DNA of 64,000 bases from assembly GCA_964016885.1 (NCBI GenBank), contig OZ024752.1, positions 21,390,001 through 21,454,000 of the forward strand. The letters are read 5' to 3'. Below the pieces are notes generated by a model. The model had not been told where the DNA came from and searched no databases. It worked only from the letters and a program-made list of their open reading frames with translations. Below, in pieces: positions 13,726 to 26,139 of the stretch (positions are counted from its first letter, which is position 1; each line of letters begins with the position of its first letter). This DNA is from Eledone cirrhosa (lineage: Eukaryota). Made by a program: the position numbers and the translations under genes.

Positions 13726-14060
13726 GGAGGCACATGGCTTAGTGGTTAGAGCATTCGCCTTGCAATCAAAAGGTTGTGAGTTCAATTCTCAGACCGGGTG
13801 ATGTGTTGTTTCCTTGAGCAAGATACTTTATTTCACATTGCTCCAGTTTACTCAGCTGTAGAAATGAGATTATAGGGACTGGGATCCCTATCATTCCACT
13901 TTAAAGTGGTTGTGAAGGTGCCATGGCAAAAAAGCACCCAGCACTCACTGTAAATGAGGTTGGTGTTAGGAAGGGCATCCAGCTGTAGAAATCAAGCCAA
14001 AAATCAGTTCCCGTCTCACCTTTGCAATCAGTGAAAAGTGAACGTAAAAGGAAATGATGA
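13726..14060 (+). mobile_element. tRNA-derived SINE with RTE-derived 3' tail
   Basis: A box TGGCTTAGTGG, B box GAGTTCAATTC, core CCTTGAGCAAG..TTGCTCCAG; tail matches the 3'UTR of the 41-45 kb RTE. Confidence 0.85.
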
Positions 14061-14088
14061 TATATATATATATCATTATATATATATA

Positions 14089-14222
14089 GTTACGTCCCTT
14101 TACAATCTGAGTTCAAATCCCGCCGAGGTTGACTTTGCCTTTCATCCTTACGGGGTCGATAAAATAAAGTACCAGTAATGTACTGGGTAATTGCTGGCCT
14201 TGTGCCTAAAGTAGAAACAATT
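14089..14222 (+). mobile_element. SINE family S1, 5'-truncated
   Basis: GAGTTCAAATCCCGCCGAGGT..GGGGTCGATAAAATAAAGTACCAG..GTAGAAACAATT. Confidence 0.85.
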
Positions 14223-14239
14223 ATATATATATATATATC

Positions 14240-14269
<30 letters not shown>

Positions 14270-14274
<5 letters not shown>

Positions 14275-14852
14275 GTGGCCTACTCCAGTGCCACGGAACA
14301 CCCGCCCATCGCCTCACGGTCGAACAACGTACTATCTTCATCTTACAGACCCACACTCCCCCCGGCCTGAACTCCCCACCCTTATTCCTTTAGCGTTCGA
14401 CCGCCCCCCTCCCCCACTTATCCCCCACTAACACCACTAACACACCCCTCCTTTTCACTCGCCCACCCCACACTAACAATACTAACACCTCCACTCCACC
14501 CCTCATCTGACCACCCTTCCCCAACTAACATACTAACATCCCTTCCCTCCCCTCTTCTCCTCCTCCCCCCTCCTTATCACACGCACACACTTACACCACC
14601 CACCCCACACGCAACTAACATCACTAACACCCTCCAACCCCACGCACATGTACCCACACACCCTCGTACACCACCAACTCTACACACCCTACCCCCACTC
14701 ACACCTGCATTCCACCCCTCCCCACCTCCCGTCTACTAACACCTCCTCACCAAACTACACACACACCAGTACACCACACTCCCTCCATAGAACCACACAC
14801 ACCCTTCTCTCCTCACTCCACACTCACTCATCCCACTAACACCCCTACTAAT

Positions 14853-14883
<31 letters not shown>

Positions 14884-15821
14884 CCTCACTCCAACTCTCA
14901 CACCTACCCATCCTCGCCTCCCTACCATTCCGCTGACTGCTGCTATGCCCTTCCGACCACTGTCTCAGCACCAACTGACCACAGCACTTCCACTGCTGAC
15001 CACTTCCTGTTGCGCGCGCGCACCCCACATCTCTCCTCTTCCGACCACCGCTTCTTGGATTACCCACACGCGTTTTGACTTCCAACCAAAATCTCCATAC
15101 ATCCGTGTAACTTACCACTTTCAACCATCCTCTAACACCATCACCTATATAACTCACCCACACACACATCCCAAAACAATTTTTTTTATCCACACGCCAC
15201 CCACACCCACAACACGCTTAAACCACACACACGTGCTTCCCACCACATATTTACACCCTCAGCCCCCTGATTCCTCTCCCCCCACCCCCCTATCCACACA
15301 CGCACAGACCCTCCGACACACAAAAACACCCCCCACACACACCTTCCTGAACATGCAACCCCGTTCTTCCCCCAACCCTCACTTTCACATACACACACAC
15401 ACACACACACGCACACCTAACCACACACACCACCTTCAGCCCTCCCCGCTCGGACACCCCGTCTCCCTCTCCCCACTCCACCCGCCTCCACCTCTACTCA
15501 CCCCATACCCTTCCACCACCTGTTTACCCCCCTTTTAATTTCAGTTTATTTTGATCATGCCTTTATTTTTAAATGTTCTCATTCCTTGTATTTTGATCAT
15601 GCTTTATTTTTATTTATTATTTATTATATTTTTGTCTTTATTTGTTAATTTTTCATTCGCACCGTTTCCTTTCGCTATATGTCTCTCCACCACTCCCCTT
15701 CTCACCTGAAGAAGGGCTTATGCCCGAAACGTCGTCCTCCACCTACCCCCCACTCTCCTGAGCGTGAATTTAATAAACATTTGTCGTACTGCCTCTCTGT
15801 TCTGTCCCTGTTCAATTTTTC

Positions 15822-15822
<1 letters not shown>
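14270..15822 (+). mobile_element. C/A-rich degenerate region ending in a hammerhead-like core and AATAAA; probable PLE remnant
   Basis: Strong C-strand bias. CTGAAGA-A-GGGC-TTAT-GCCC-GAAAC-GTC-GTC at 15706-15736, with no local stem I evident. Confidence 0.45.
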
Positions 15823-15878
<56 letters not shown>

Positions 15879-15919
15879 TTATATATATATATATATATAT
15901 CATTATATATATATATATA

Positions 15920-16110
15920 GGGCGGTGGATTGGCAGCATCGGTAGAGGGTCGGACGCCATGCTTTGCAGCAAAGACTTACGGCCCTTTATGGTCTGAGTT
16001 CAAATCCCGCTGAGGTTAACTTTGCCTTTCATCCTTTCGGGGTCGATAAAATAAAGTACCAGTAATGCACTGGGTAATTGCTGACCTTGTGCCAAAAGTA
16101 GAAACAATTA
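15920..16110 (+). mobile_element. SINE family S1, full length
   Basis: A box TGGCAGCATCGG, B box GAGTTCAAATCC, conserved body, flanked by (TA)n. Confidence 0.9.
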
Positions 16111-16128
16111 TATATATATATATATATA

Positions 16129-16605
16129 TTGGAATAAATGCTCTGAAATAGCGATATATATGTGAATATAGACATAGAATATTCGAAAATATTCTGTATG
16201 TTTATAATAAACATTTTGAAGACCTAATCGCTATAGAATAGAATACGTCACGTATTACAATTAGATTCTCGATAAAAGCAAGGGAAGTAATCTACGCGTT
16301 TCATTCTCGTTAGAAATCATCAGGACTACATATCCAGTGCTTTTATCGAGAATGACACAGCTAGAGACTTATAGAATACTTAGCTGTGTACAGGAACTGG
16401 TTTGAAAGAGCGGTTGCCGGTCCGGCAGAAATTAGAAATTGGAATAAATGCTCTGAAATAGCGATATATATGTGAATATAGACATAGAATATTCGAGAAT
16501 CTAATTGTAATACGTGACGTATTCTATTCTATAGCGATTAGGTCTTCAAAATGTTTATTATAAACATACAGAATATTTTCGAATATTCTATGTCTATATT
16601 CATAT
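16129..16605. mobile_element. PLE pseudo-LTR remnant with direct and inverted partial duplications
   Basis: Direct repeat 16129-16186 / 16439-16496; inverted repeat ~16155-16272 / ~16494-16605; internal hammerhead. Confidence 0.7.
16287..16329 (-). ncRNA. Minimal type I hammerhead ribozyme
   Basis: guaguc-CUGAUGA-U-UUCU-aacg-AGAA-U-GAAAC-GC-GUA-gauuac; canonical core and 6-bp stem I. Confidence 0.8.
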
Positions 16606-16657
16606 ATATATATATATATATATCATTATATATATATATATATCATTATATATATAT

Positions 16658-16841
16658 GTGGTGGATTGGCAGTATCAGTAGAGGGTCGGACGCCATGCTT
16701 TGAAGTTTAGAGTTACAGCCCTTGCCATTTTGAGTTCAAATCCCGCCGAGGTTAACTTTGCCTTTCATCCTTACGGGGTCGATAAAATAAAGTACCAATA
16801 ATGTACTGGGTAATTGCTGGCCTTGTGCCAATAGTAGAAAC

Positions 16842-16846
<5 letters not shown>
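16658..16846 (+). mobile_element. SINE family S1
   Basis: Same A/B boxes and body as the 15920 copy. Confidence 0.9.
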
Positions 16847-16879
<33 letters not shown>

Positions 16880-16881
<2 letters not shown>

Positions 16882-17065
16882 CAAAGGAATTGTGGTAAGG
16901 AACCAGATGGACCATAACGCACCAGAGTAATCAATACTTAGGGTAGTAGAGTGTGTAATAGGAACAAGTATGACCCCGACCGCAGAGCTCAACCCGTTTC
17001 GACGGCTATTTCTACAGTCCAGAAATAGCCGTCGAAATGGCTTGAGCTCTGCCGTCGGTGTCATA
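16880..17065. repeat. Interspersed repeat with fold-back end (hairpin 16969-17065); other copies ~8248-8400 and ~55250-55318
   Basis: Shared TGTGGTAAGGAACCAG..CATAACGCACCA.AGTA.TCAATACTTAGGGTAG. Confidence 0.75.
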
Positions 17066-17106
17066 TTTTTTTCTATATATATATATATATATATCATATA
17101 TATATA

Positions 17107-17293
17107 TAATGATTTCTACTTTTGGCACAAGGCCAGCAATTATCCTAGTGTATTACTGGTACTTTATTTTATCGACCCCGTAAGGATGAAAGGCAAAGTT
17201 AACCTCGGCAGGATTTGAACTCAGACCATAAAGGGCCGTAACTCTTTGCTGCAAAGCATGGCGTCCGACCCTCTACCGATACTGCCAATTCAC
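17107..17293 (-). mobile_element. SINE family S1
   Basis: Reverse complement of the 15920 copy. Confidence 0.9.
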
Positions 17294-17345
17294 CATATCA
17301 TATATATATATATATAATATATATCACATATATATATATATATCA

Positions 17346-18603
17346 GTAAACCCCTCTACTTAGCTTCTGTTGACCTGGAGAAACCTTTGACAGAGTGCCA
17401 CACAACCTTAATTTGGTGGGCTCTTAGAAAACTAGGAGTAGATGAATGGCTTGTGAGAGCTATACAAGCCATGTTGAGAGGAACAGTCAGCAAGGTTAGA
17501 ATTAGCAATGAATATAGTGATGATTTAGTGTAATAGCAGGGGTTCACTAAGGCTCTGTCCTTAGCCTCCTCCTGTTTATTATTGTCCTTCGTGCTATGAC
17601 AGAAGAGATTAAGACTGGCTGCCCATGGGAACTTCTATATGAAGATGATCTAACTCTCATAGCTGAATCCATGGCTGAACTAGAGAGGTCGTTCCAAACA
17701 TGGAAGCATGGTCTTGATTCAAAAGGCCTTAGAGTCAACTTGTTTAAGACTCAGCTTCTAGTATATAGAAAGGAAAATAGAGCACAGTGTGTAAGAAAGG
17801 AGTAGGTAAGCTATCTAAGAATGTAGATTTTATATGTGGCCGATGCTCAGGTGCAGATGTTTCTATAAAAATAGTAGACACCTTCCGTTACCTAGGCGAC
17901 AAAATCAGCAGTGGAGGAGGGTTTTCTGAAAGTACAGTAGACAGAGTTAGAATGGGATGGAATGAAGACCTGTATAGATTAGAAAGAAATGAAGCTTGCA
18001 TGCTCCAATGGATTTGTAAAAGTAATAAGAGAAAGACTCAGCATAAGAGGTATCAAATGTTGTGTTCTGGAGAGGAGGTTGCGTTGGTATAGACATGTGA
18101 TGCGTATGAAGGATGACAGCTGTATAAAATAGTGCAGGGCAATGAAAATTGTTGGAAGCTGCGGAGTGGGTAGACCAAGAAAAACCTGGGACAAGATGAT
18201 AAAAACTGACCTACACCTCTCTAAGATAATGACACTGGATCAAGACCCAACTACCATTGTACAGAAGACCCAACTACCATTGAATACAAACCTACAGTCA
18301 ATAGGTACCTCTTAACTAAATGTACACCCCACCCCTACCCCATCCGCCATCTCCCGTTCCATCCACTGTGTCGATGACACAACAGTCCACACTGTAAGTT
18401 GGTCATGTAGGAGACATGGTAAAAAGGCACCCAATCCACACTGTAAATGTGGTTAGTGTTAGGAAGGGCATCCAGCTGTAAAAACACCTGCCAGAGACAC
18501 TTCTGTGTGAGCGAGACATGGTCTCCTGACCATTCCCGCTTCAAACGGAACAAAACCGTCTAACCCATGCTAGCATGGAAGAAGGACTTTAAACTATGAT
18601 GAT
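17346..18603 (+). mobile_element. Decayed RTE 3' half
   Basis: KTGCPWELLYEDDL.., multiple stops and deletions, RTE 3'UTR and GAT tail. Confidence 0.9.
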
Positions 18604-19126
18604 ATATATATAATAGCAATACGTGAAAGATATATAAATGTGTGTGTGAATTAGCTTATGCCATATTTTTGACTACAGAAAATAGTCTGACATGGCATAT
18701 AAGCCCCCATAACTGAGAAAAATAAGCATCAGCATGTGTGGGAATTGTACTTCTTATTGCTCGGATAAGTGTGCTAGACGGATTACATCAACCTGCCCAC
18801 CCTGTTTTTCTCTGTTAAATTTAGAAGCTATGGCTTGATAACGATATATATGTAAATGAGTTTGATTCTTTTAGAATATGGTGGTCATCATCATCATGGT
18901 GTATTTGAAAATTGAATTAGAAGTTTTTGTTGTATTTTGCCGACAGAAAATTGTCTAATAACATGGCATATAATTAAACTATTTTCTGTATTCAAAATAT
19001 GGAGAAAACTTCTAATTTAATTTTCAATTATTGTTGCATTATCAACACAAGTGTTTATATATATATATATATCATCATCATCACTTAACGTCCATTTTCC
19101 ATGCTAGCATGGGTTAGCCATATATA

Positions 19127-19361
19127 TATGTGGAAGACAAACAGTCACCCATGAATACCAGTCTCTTCTCTTCATGCCAAAGACAAAGGCTGATACAGCT
19201 TGCCACCAGTGACAGTGCAACTCTCATTTCTAAAGAACACGTTGCTCCAGTTCTTTAGAAATGAGAGTTGCGCTGTTACTGGTGGCAAGCTGTATAAGCC
19301 TTTGTCTTTGGCATGGAGAGAAGAGACTGGTATTCATGAGTAACTGTTGGTCTTCCACATA
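19127..19361. repeat. Long fold-back palindrome (~112-bp arms, 11-nt loop), probably SINE-derived
   Basis: TATGTGGAAGAC..TAAAGAAC-acgttgctcca-GTTCTTTA..GTCTTCCACATA. Confidence 0.9.
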
Positions 19362-19658
19362 AAAACCTTGCCCAAGCTTGTGCCTTAGAGTAGAACTTTC
19401 TAGATGATCATTCATGATTGAATTGGGGCCTTTTTTTATACATGTGGTCTGGAACTGCTGATCGGTCAGTTATAGATGTATAGTTTACATTTGTGTGGCT
19501 TTTGGTTTAATCTTGGTATGTTCAAGTTGAAGCAATTGATTATCTTAGTCACACACACACACACATACATATATATGGTTGACAAAAAAAAAAAAGAAGT
19601 TTTTTCGTCCTTCCTGTTCTCATCTTTCTATTTTATCTTTTATTACTAATTCTATCTT

Positions 19659-19690
19659 CTGATGAAGGACTAGTGTCTGAAATGTTAAAA
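19659..19690 (+). ncRNA. Degenerate hammerhead-like core
   Basis: CTGATGA-A-GGAC-TAGT-GTCT-GAAA-TGTTA; stem I not evident. Confidence 0.35.
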
Positions 19691-20033
19691 CTCTTTTCCT
19701 AATATATCAAGCATTAAACTAATAGATTTCTTCATTGTTTGTGTTTATTTTTTACACACACACACACACATATATTATTTCTACAGCAATAAAATGTATC
19801 TTTCTCATATCTATTTATTGTACATAAGAACAAATGATAGCTATTGTAAATGTTTAGTTCTTTTTGCTCTGTTATCATTAATATCTAAATAGTTAGCACG
19901 TTGCTGTTTTTGTTACTGTTGTTGTTAACATCTAAATAGTTAGTATATTATTGTTGTTGTTATTACTGTTATTGATATTGTTGTCATTGTGCAATCAACA
20001 GTTGATTTATTCTACTTTCACTATCTTCCACAG

Positions 20034-21680
20034 AAATCCAGGCTTGTCCACAAGCAAACATCAAAGAAGGCAAAATATGGACACAAGAAACTAGAGTATG
20101 TATTTTAATTCTTATCTAGCTTTGACAGTAAATACACTACAGGCAGAAAATTGGCAGAGTTGTTAGAACATCAGATAGAGTGCTTTGTGGTATTGGATGG
20201 AGAGATATGGTCAGAGAGTTGGTGGTGTGGTTAGAAGAGTTCACAGAGAAGTTGAAGTAGATCTAAAAAAAAAAGAAAAGTGATGACAAGAGACTTTGGG
20301 CTATACCTGATGTTCTAACTACTGATATTCAGGTGAGAGTGGAAGTTACATATGCAGAGACATCCATCTTTCAGAGTGAAGTTTGAGTATAGAGTGTATC
20401 CTGGTTAGCAGAGAGAGAGATATGTGATAGATCAAGGGGAAGAGATTGGAGTCTTGGAGAAGATGTGTGATGTATGTTTATTATTTGAATGGTCTAGGCT
20501 GAATTTGAGTTCAAAGATATTAGAAAAGAAGAAAACATTTTTGTGAGAGTTTAGTAGTATTTTTTTGGCTGAGATATTTAGGAAAGTGTAAAGGGTGTTG
20601 GTGTCATCATCATCCAGTTTTTAATTATGCAGGACGCGATTAATCCCTAAGTAGGGGTGGATCCTGCCTGACAACGCTCCTTAGCGTCCCGCTGGTCTCA
20701 CTTGGGCCAGGTCAAGCCTAGCTTGATCCCGATGGACATCCTCTATCCAAGTCCTTTTTGGTCTTCCTGGGTCGACATTCATCATTTTGGTGTGCACATG
20801 AGACCCCATTATCGATAATCCTGTGCCAGGTGCCTGGTATGAATCCTTGTTACAGATTAAACTCCACTAAAGTGATGGGCCAAGTGATGTGATGTATCTC
20901 AGAATTTAAGACATGGCTCAAAACACTGTTTAACTCTTAACATCCTGTAATCATTTAGTAGGAATTATCTAAAAACAGATTTTTAATTCAAATTGTCTAA
21001 TATCTTTTCTGGAGGACACATTGTTGTGAAAATTTGCTGTATTAAAGACTTTAATCCTTAATGTGGTGCAGTTTTGTACTTTACAAGAATGTCTTGCTAA
21101 TGTGGTTTCATGCACTTCAGAATGGTAAAGGTTAAATAATTTATTTGACCAGCCACTGCTGTAACTTTTGTCCAACAGTAACAACTATAACATTAACCCG
21201 ATTTGTATTTCATTTAATTCTAATTAACTTACACGTCTTTGATTTCTTTCCTTACAGGGCTAAACACACAGCTTGGCAGTCTCCTATACCACGGTAAGTT
21301 AACAGTTATTTCTCAGGTTTACCAAGTCATTGTATATAGATTGCTGGAATCATTAGAGTGTCAAATAGAATGTTTTAGTTACAACCCTTTACATTCCGAG
21401 TTCAAATCCTGCCGAGGTTAGCTTTGCCTTTCATCCTTGCAAGATCAATAAAATAAAGTACCAGTTACGCACTGGGGTAGATTTAATTGACTTTTCCCTC
21501 TCCCAAAATTGTTGGCCTTGTGCCTAAATCAGAAACTGTTATATATAGCTTCTATTCTCTCTCAGATTTATCAAGTTAAAAACAACAGCCATTACTTGCA
21601 TACAGCTACTTCATTCTCAGATTTACCAGTCTTCTAACAGTTATCAGCATCATTTTACAGCAGAAACCAATACCAGGTAG
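20034..21680 (+). other. Candidate small exons of an unidentified + strand transcript (20034-20095, 21258-21293, 21566-?)
   Basis: Polypyrimidine+CAG acceptors and GTATGT/GTAAGT donors. Joined frame reads KSRLVHKQTSKKAKYGHKKLEAKHTAWQSPIPRFIKLK..; no homology recognised. Confidence 0.3.
21335..21540 (+). mobile_element. Older SINE related to S1
   Basis: GAGTTCAAATCCTGCCGAGGTTAGCTTTGCCTTTCATCC..AAAGTACCAG..GGCCTTGTGCCTAA. Confidence 0.8.
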
Positions 21681-21844
21681 CTAAAAGGAAAGGCTAGATA
21701 ACAGATATTCATAGCATGAAAAGAGGTTTTAAGAAGGTTTGCCAATATTCTGCTTTACAAGGCAGTGTCTCAGTGTGAATCAGGATATTGTTGAGAAATA
21801 GTGTGTTGAAAATGACACTGATGCACTTAACATCACTGATGTTC

Positions 21845-22765
21845 AAAAGAAGTGGCCTGGAAATGCTACTACGAGGTTAATGAGTGTAGAGAATGAGTGG
21901 CAGGAAGAGAGATTACCTTCAATTGAGGGATTAGTTATCGAAATTGACAGTTGTAGAGTCAAAGAAGCAATAAAGGAAATGAAAGATGGTAAAGCTGCTG
22001 GGTCATCTGAGATGCTGTAAGCAGTTGAATTAGTCACATGCATAGTCAATCAGGTAATACAAGATGGAATCAAATCCAATGACTGGCACAGCAACATAAG
22101 CATTAATGACCACAAGGGAAAAGGTGATGCTCTAGAAAGGAGCAACCACAGAGGAATGAAACTAATGATCCGAGTTATGAAAGTGACAGAAAGAGTTCTC
22201 GCACAGCTAATTAGGGAAAGAGTTAAATTAGATGAGATGTAGTTCAGGTTTATGCCAGGGAAGAGTACCACAGATGCCCTCTTTTTAGTGAGACAACTTT
22301 AAGAGAAAAATGGCTTGTGAGAGCATTGCAAGCCATGTACAGATGAGAATAGGAAGTGAGTTTAGTGAGGAATTCAAAGTATAAGTAGGAGTGCCTCAGG
22401 ATTCAGTTCTTAGCCCACTTCTATATATTATAGTCCTCCAGGCATAACAGAGGAGTTTAAGACTGACTGTTTGCTGATGACTTGATCCTCATAGCTGAAT
22501 CTATGAAAAGGCTAGAGAATAAATTCCACCTGTGGAAACAGAACTTAGAGTAAACTTATCAAAAACCAAAGTATTAATGGATGAATTAGTGCCAAAAAAT
22601 CTCAAGGGAAGGAAGCCATAGTAAATGAAGACCCGAATGGAGGTGGTGAGAGCTGATCTCAAATCGCTGAAGCTCACAGATGAGTTGAAGGAATGTGATG
22701 TGTACTGAGATGCTGTGTGAATAAAGATCCATGCAACCCATGCAGATATAAAATGATGATGATGT
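21845..22765 (+). mobile_element. Old decayed RTE fragment
   Basis: Remnants of ENEW..IEG..KEMKDGKAAG..KGKGDALER..VMKVTERV; (GAT)n end. Confidence 0.8.
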
Positions 22766-24585
22766 TTTACATCTTTATTTCCATGCTATCACGTTCTTCT
22801 AAATCTCTAACTCTGAAGTAGAATTGATATTATCATTTAGGAGCAAATGAGGTCATGTTTTGCCTAACAGTGCAACAAAAGGGTAGTAAAAGATTTGAAC
22901 AGTTATTATGTTAAGTTAAAGACGGAAACATTTGCCTGAGTAAGGGGGGGGGGGGTCTTCTCTGAAAACATTCTGTCCAGCTCTCTTGAGAGTTTCTTTT
23001 ACTGCTAATCATATGGTTAACAATTTAACCTAAAATTTATATGAAATTAAGAAAACAAACTCAATACTTTGACTAGTCTTTGTTGAGAACACATGTCTCT
23101 GGAACTTTCTTCCTGCCCATGTGGTTAGGAAGACATCATCTTAAATCTCAACCTTTGTATTACATTTATTTTACATTATTAATCTGGTTGGTGTTAGGAA
23201 GGGCTTTCAGCTATAGAAAACTTGCCAAACATTGTCGAGAAGACTATTCAATTGTACCAGGAGTTTGATAACCTCCCTAGTGCTGGTGCCATGATAAAAC
23301 GCACTTAGTACACTCTGTAAAGCACTGGAATGTATGTAAGCATGCTGTGTGCCCCCCCCCCCACCCCACCTTTTTTTAGAGATCAGTAGTACTAACTTAG
23401 TTTTTGATGATCCGTCCAACCCATGCCAGCATGGTAGAACGGATATTTGATGATGATTTAAAACATTTCTCTTTTATCTATATTTCTCAACAGGAAAGAA
23501 GGCAATTAAAGAACAGGCCTCAACAAATGAATGTACAGAATAGGTTTGGAATAAGAATTTGACACCATTTTTCACCTCATTCTCACCACATTCGATGTGG
23601 TTTGATTGATTTTTTTTTTTTTTTTGCCAATTAAAGATGAAAATATTTCTGTGCAACCCACATAAAAAAAAAAAACACTTGATTAAATTTGTAGATCTCT
23701 TCCTCCCCACCTAACTTCTTTTTAGTTTTTATGAGTACACGTTTCCAGTAAAACCCACCAGTCATGTACGAGTTGGTCTCTTGATCAACCAATGAGAGTT
23801 CAATTGTTTATTGATTGGCTGAAGAAGATCAGATACTTCAGTCTAGAATTAAGTTTTATTTATTTTCCATGCTAGTATGGGTTGGCAAGGTCAATAAATA
23901 TCTTTGCAACTGGTTTCTGAAAACCCTTGGCTGGATTCACAGAGGACAGGTGAGACAGTTGTTTGTATGTCATGTTGCTCTATTATGCTTAGTCATGATA
24001 TAAAACTTTCAACAACACAGTTCACCTAACTGTACCTATAACAAAGTATAACCTACTAGTGTATTTCCTATCTGCCACTCTCTCTCTCTACCTACCTTTC
24101 TTGTAAGATATTCAAAGATACTTTGGTGTCAATACTATTCTTCCAGATTATCAACTCATTATAAATCCCCAAAGAGGGATCCAATTCAACAGTAACCCAA
24201 CCACCCTGCTGCTCATTTAAAATTGTCGAAATAAATACTTGTAATATACTGGGGACTTTGCTGTGTCTTTACCTAAGTCTCATTTCTATAAAATCTATTA
24301 AAAACAAACAAAAAAATAAAACAAAATTTAAAAAATTGAGATATTTTTATAATTGAATAGAGCTGAATGGAATAGATATGAAGAAAGAATGTATTGGGAA
24401 GTTGAATCGAAAGGACTGCACGCTTTCTAAACCCTCATTTCATCTCCACTGCTGCCAACAATAGAGCTAAACCATAGCATTTGCTATGCTAAACTTTCTC
24501 ACCAGTTTCTGTTCCAGAGTTTTCACAAGACTGGCTACAGTCACCCTGTTTCTCAGTACAGTCTTCACCAATCATCAGCTTATCT

Positions 24586-24903
24586 TTACAAATGTTTAAC
24601 CTGGTCTTCGGAATCAGGCATAGCAGCAGCAGTTAATTCATTTTTACAATCAGATTTGGCAACAAGAATGTTGTCAGCCTGACTGAGTTCGGTGTCAAGT
24701 GTTCTCTCTGCTGTAACAGTTGTGGCATTTGGTTCTTTTTTTTCTGTTGTTTCACAGTTATTTGCAGCCAGGCGCTGCTGTGCTCTGGATGTCTCTTGCA
24801 GATTATACTTGCGGAACTTGTAGAAGTCTTTTACAACACTTAAGCAACAAACTCCTCTCAACAACTCCACAACAACAATAAGATCTGGTTTACTGTAGTT
24901 AAC
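24586..24903 (-). CDS. THUMPD1: THUMPD1 last coding exon (105 aa + stop)
   Basis: Acceptor ctttttcttgcag. VNYSKPDLIVVVELLRGVCCLSVVKDFYKFRKYNLQE completes the THUMP domain in phase with ...NPLNK of the previous exon; intron 24904-51843. Confidence 0.9.
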   Translation of the reverse strand, partial: VNYSKPDLIVVVELLRGVCCLSVVKDFYKFRKYNLQETSRAQQRLAANNCETTEKKEPNATTVTAERTLDTELSQADNILVAKSDCKNELTAAAMPDSEDQVKHL

Positions 24904-25099
24904 CTGCAAGAAAAAGTGAGACATTGTATATTGTCATTATCAGTAAAAACGTTTTTAAAGCATATGGTTTCGCTTTCTTCTCACCTCCCTCCTCTCTTAC
25001 ATCAACTCTCCTCCCTCACTTATTATCACTTACCCATGATATGCTTATCATATGTCTTACCTCCCTCATCCTATTCACATTCTACAGCCCCCAATATAG

Positions 25100-25462
25100 A
25101 GTAGCGGGAGCCCTTCAGTCGTCTATGACCAGCAAACTCCCTAATGCTGATGCCGCGATGAAAATACACCCATCACACTCTGTAAAGTAAGTGGTGATTG
25201 GAAGGGTATATAGCTGTAGAAATTATGCCAAAAGGGCAGAGAGGACTCTTCTTTTGTGTCAAGGCACGACAACCTATTTGTGACCTACACGATAAATGCA
25301 CCAAGTACACTCTGTAAAGTGGTTGGCATCAAGAAGGCCATATAGCAGTAGAAACTATGACAAGAATGAGTGGAACTTATGAGCAAGACATGGTCCTCTC
25401 ACCAGTCTCAGACAATCACAAACTGTCCAACGTATGGAACATGGATGTAAAATGATGATGAT
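25100..25462 (+). mobile_element. RTE/SINE 3' tail remnant (similar tails at ~23185-23457 and ~52490-52692)
   Basis: ACACTCTGTAAAGTGGTTGGCATCAAGAAGG..GGATGTAAAATGATGATGAT. Confidence 0.65.
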
Positions 25463-26139
25463 TTTATATATATATGTATAGACCTTTTTGTATTTGTGGT
25501 ATAAGCATAGCCATTGCATTCAGTCGTTTTTCTTGGTGTCACACTTTTTAACTTGTGTTTTACTCTGTTTAGCTTCTCGATCCATTGAGTGCTTTGTGAT
25601 TGCCTCAAACAACTTGATTAGTACCTGCTACATGGCAGCTACAACTTCAATTCATATCCAATATTATATATATATTACATATGAACACATACATGCATAC
25701 ATATATGTACATATGTATGTGTACCTTTGCTTCACATTTGACATTGCAGGTATAGGTGATGATATTTGTTTAAACAGAAGTCCTTCTGCTCAATAGTTAG
25801 ACATACTAAGATCCATACCTTACTTAAAACCAAATGAAGGTTGATACAAGGAAGGCTAACCAGACATAGAATACTGCCTTGAAAAGTTTCTGCTAACCCA
25901 TGTTAGCATAGAAAAATGGGTGTAAAAAGCAAAAATGATGATGATCAAGAGGAGGAATACGAAAGTGATTTAACTTCTGGTAATGAAGGATTGGGTATTT
26001 CATGTGATATGGTTTATTGTTTTACAGATTCTGGAGAGATGGTTAGATAAGTTGACACAAGCAGGATTATAAATCCAGCAATAACAATAAAGATCAAGAT
26101 GACTTGACACTGCAAGGATTAGAAAAGATAAGTTGACAC

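Noticed and set aside
14648-15538. His/Pro/Thr-rich protein gene
   Set aside because: Low-complexity C/A-rich repeat sequence without splice or domain support.
15920-16015. tRNA genes at A/B-box motifs
   Set aside because: The heads continue into multi-copy SINE bodies and no cloverleaf is evident.
18655-19027. Overlapping short inverted and direct repeats
   Set aside because: Real but short, AT-rich and degenerate; no family or boundary could be defined.
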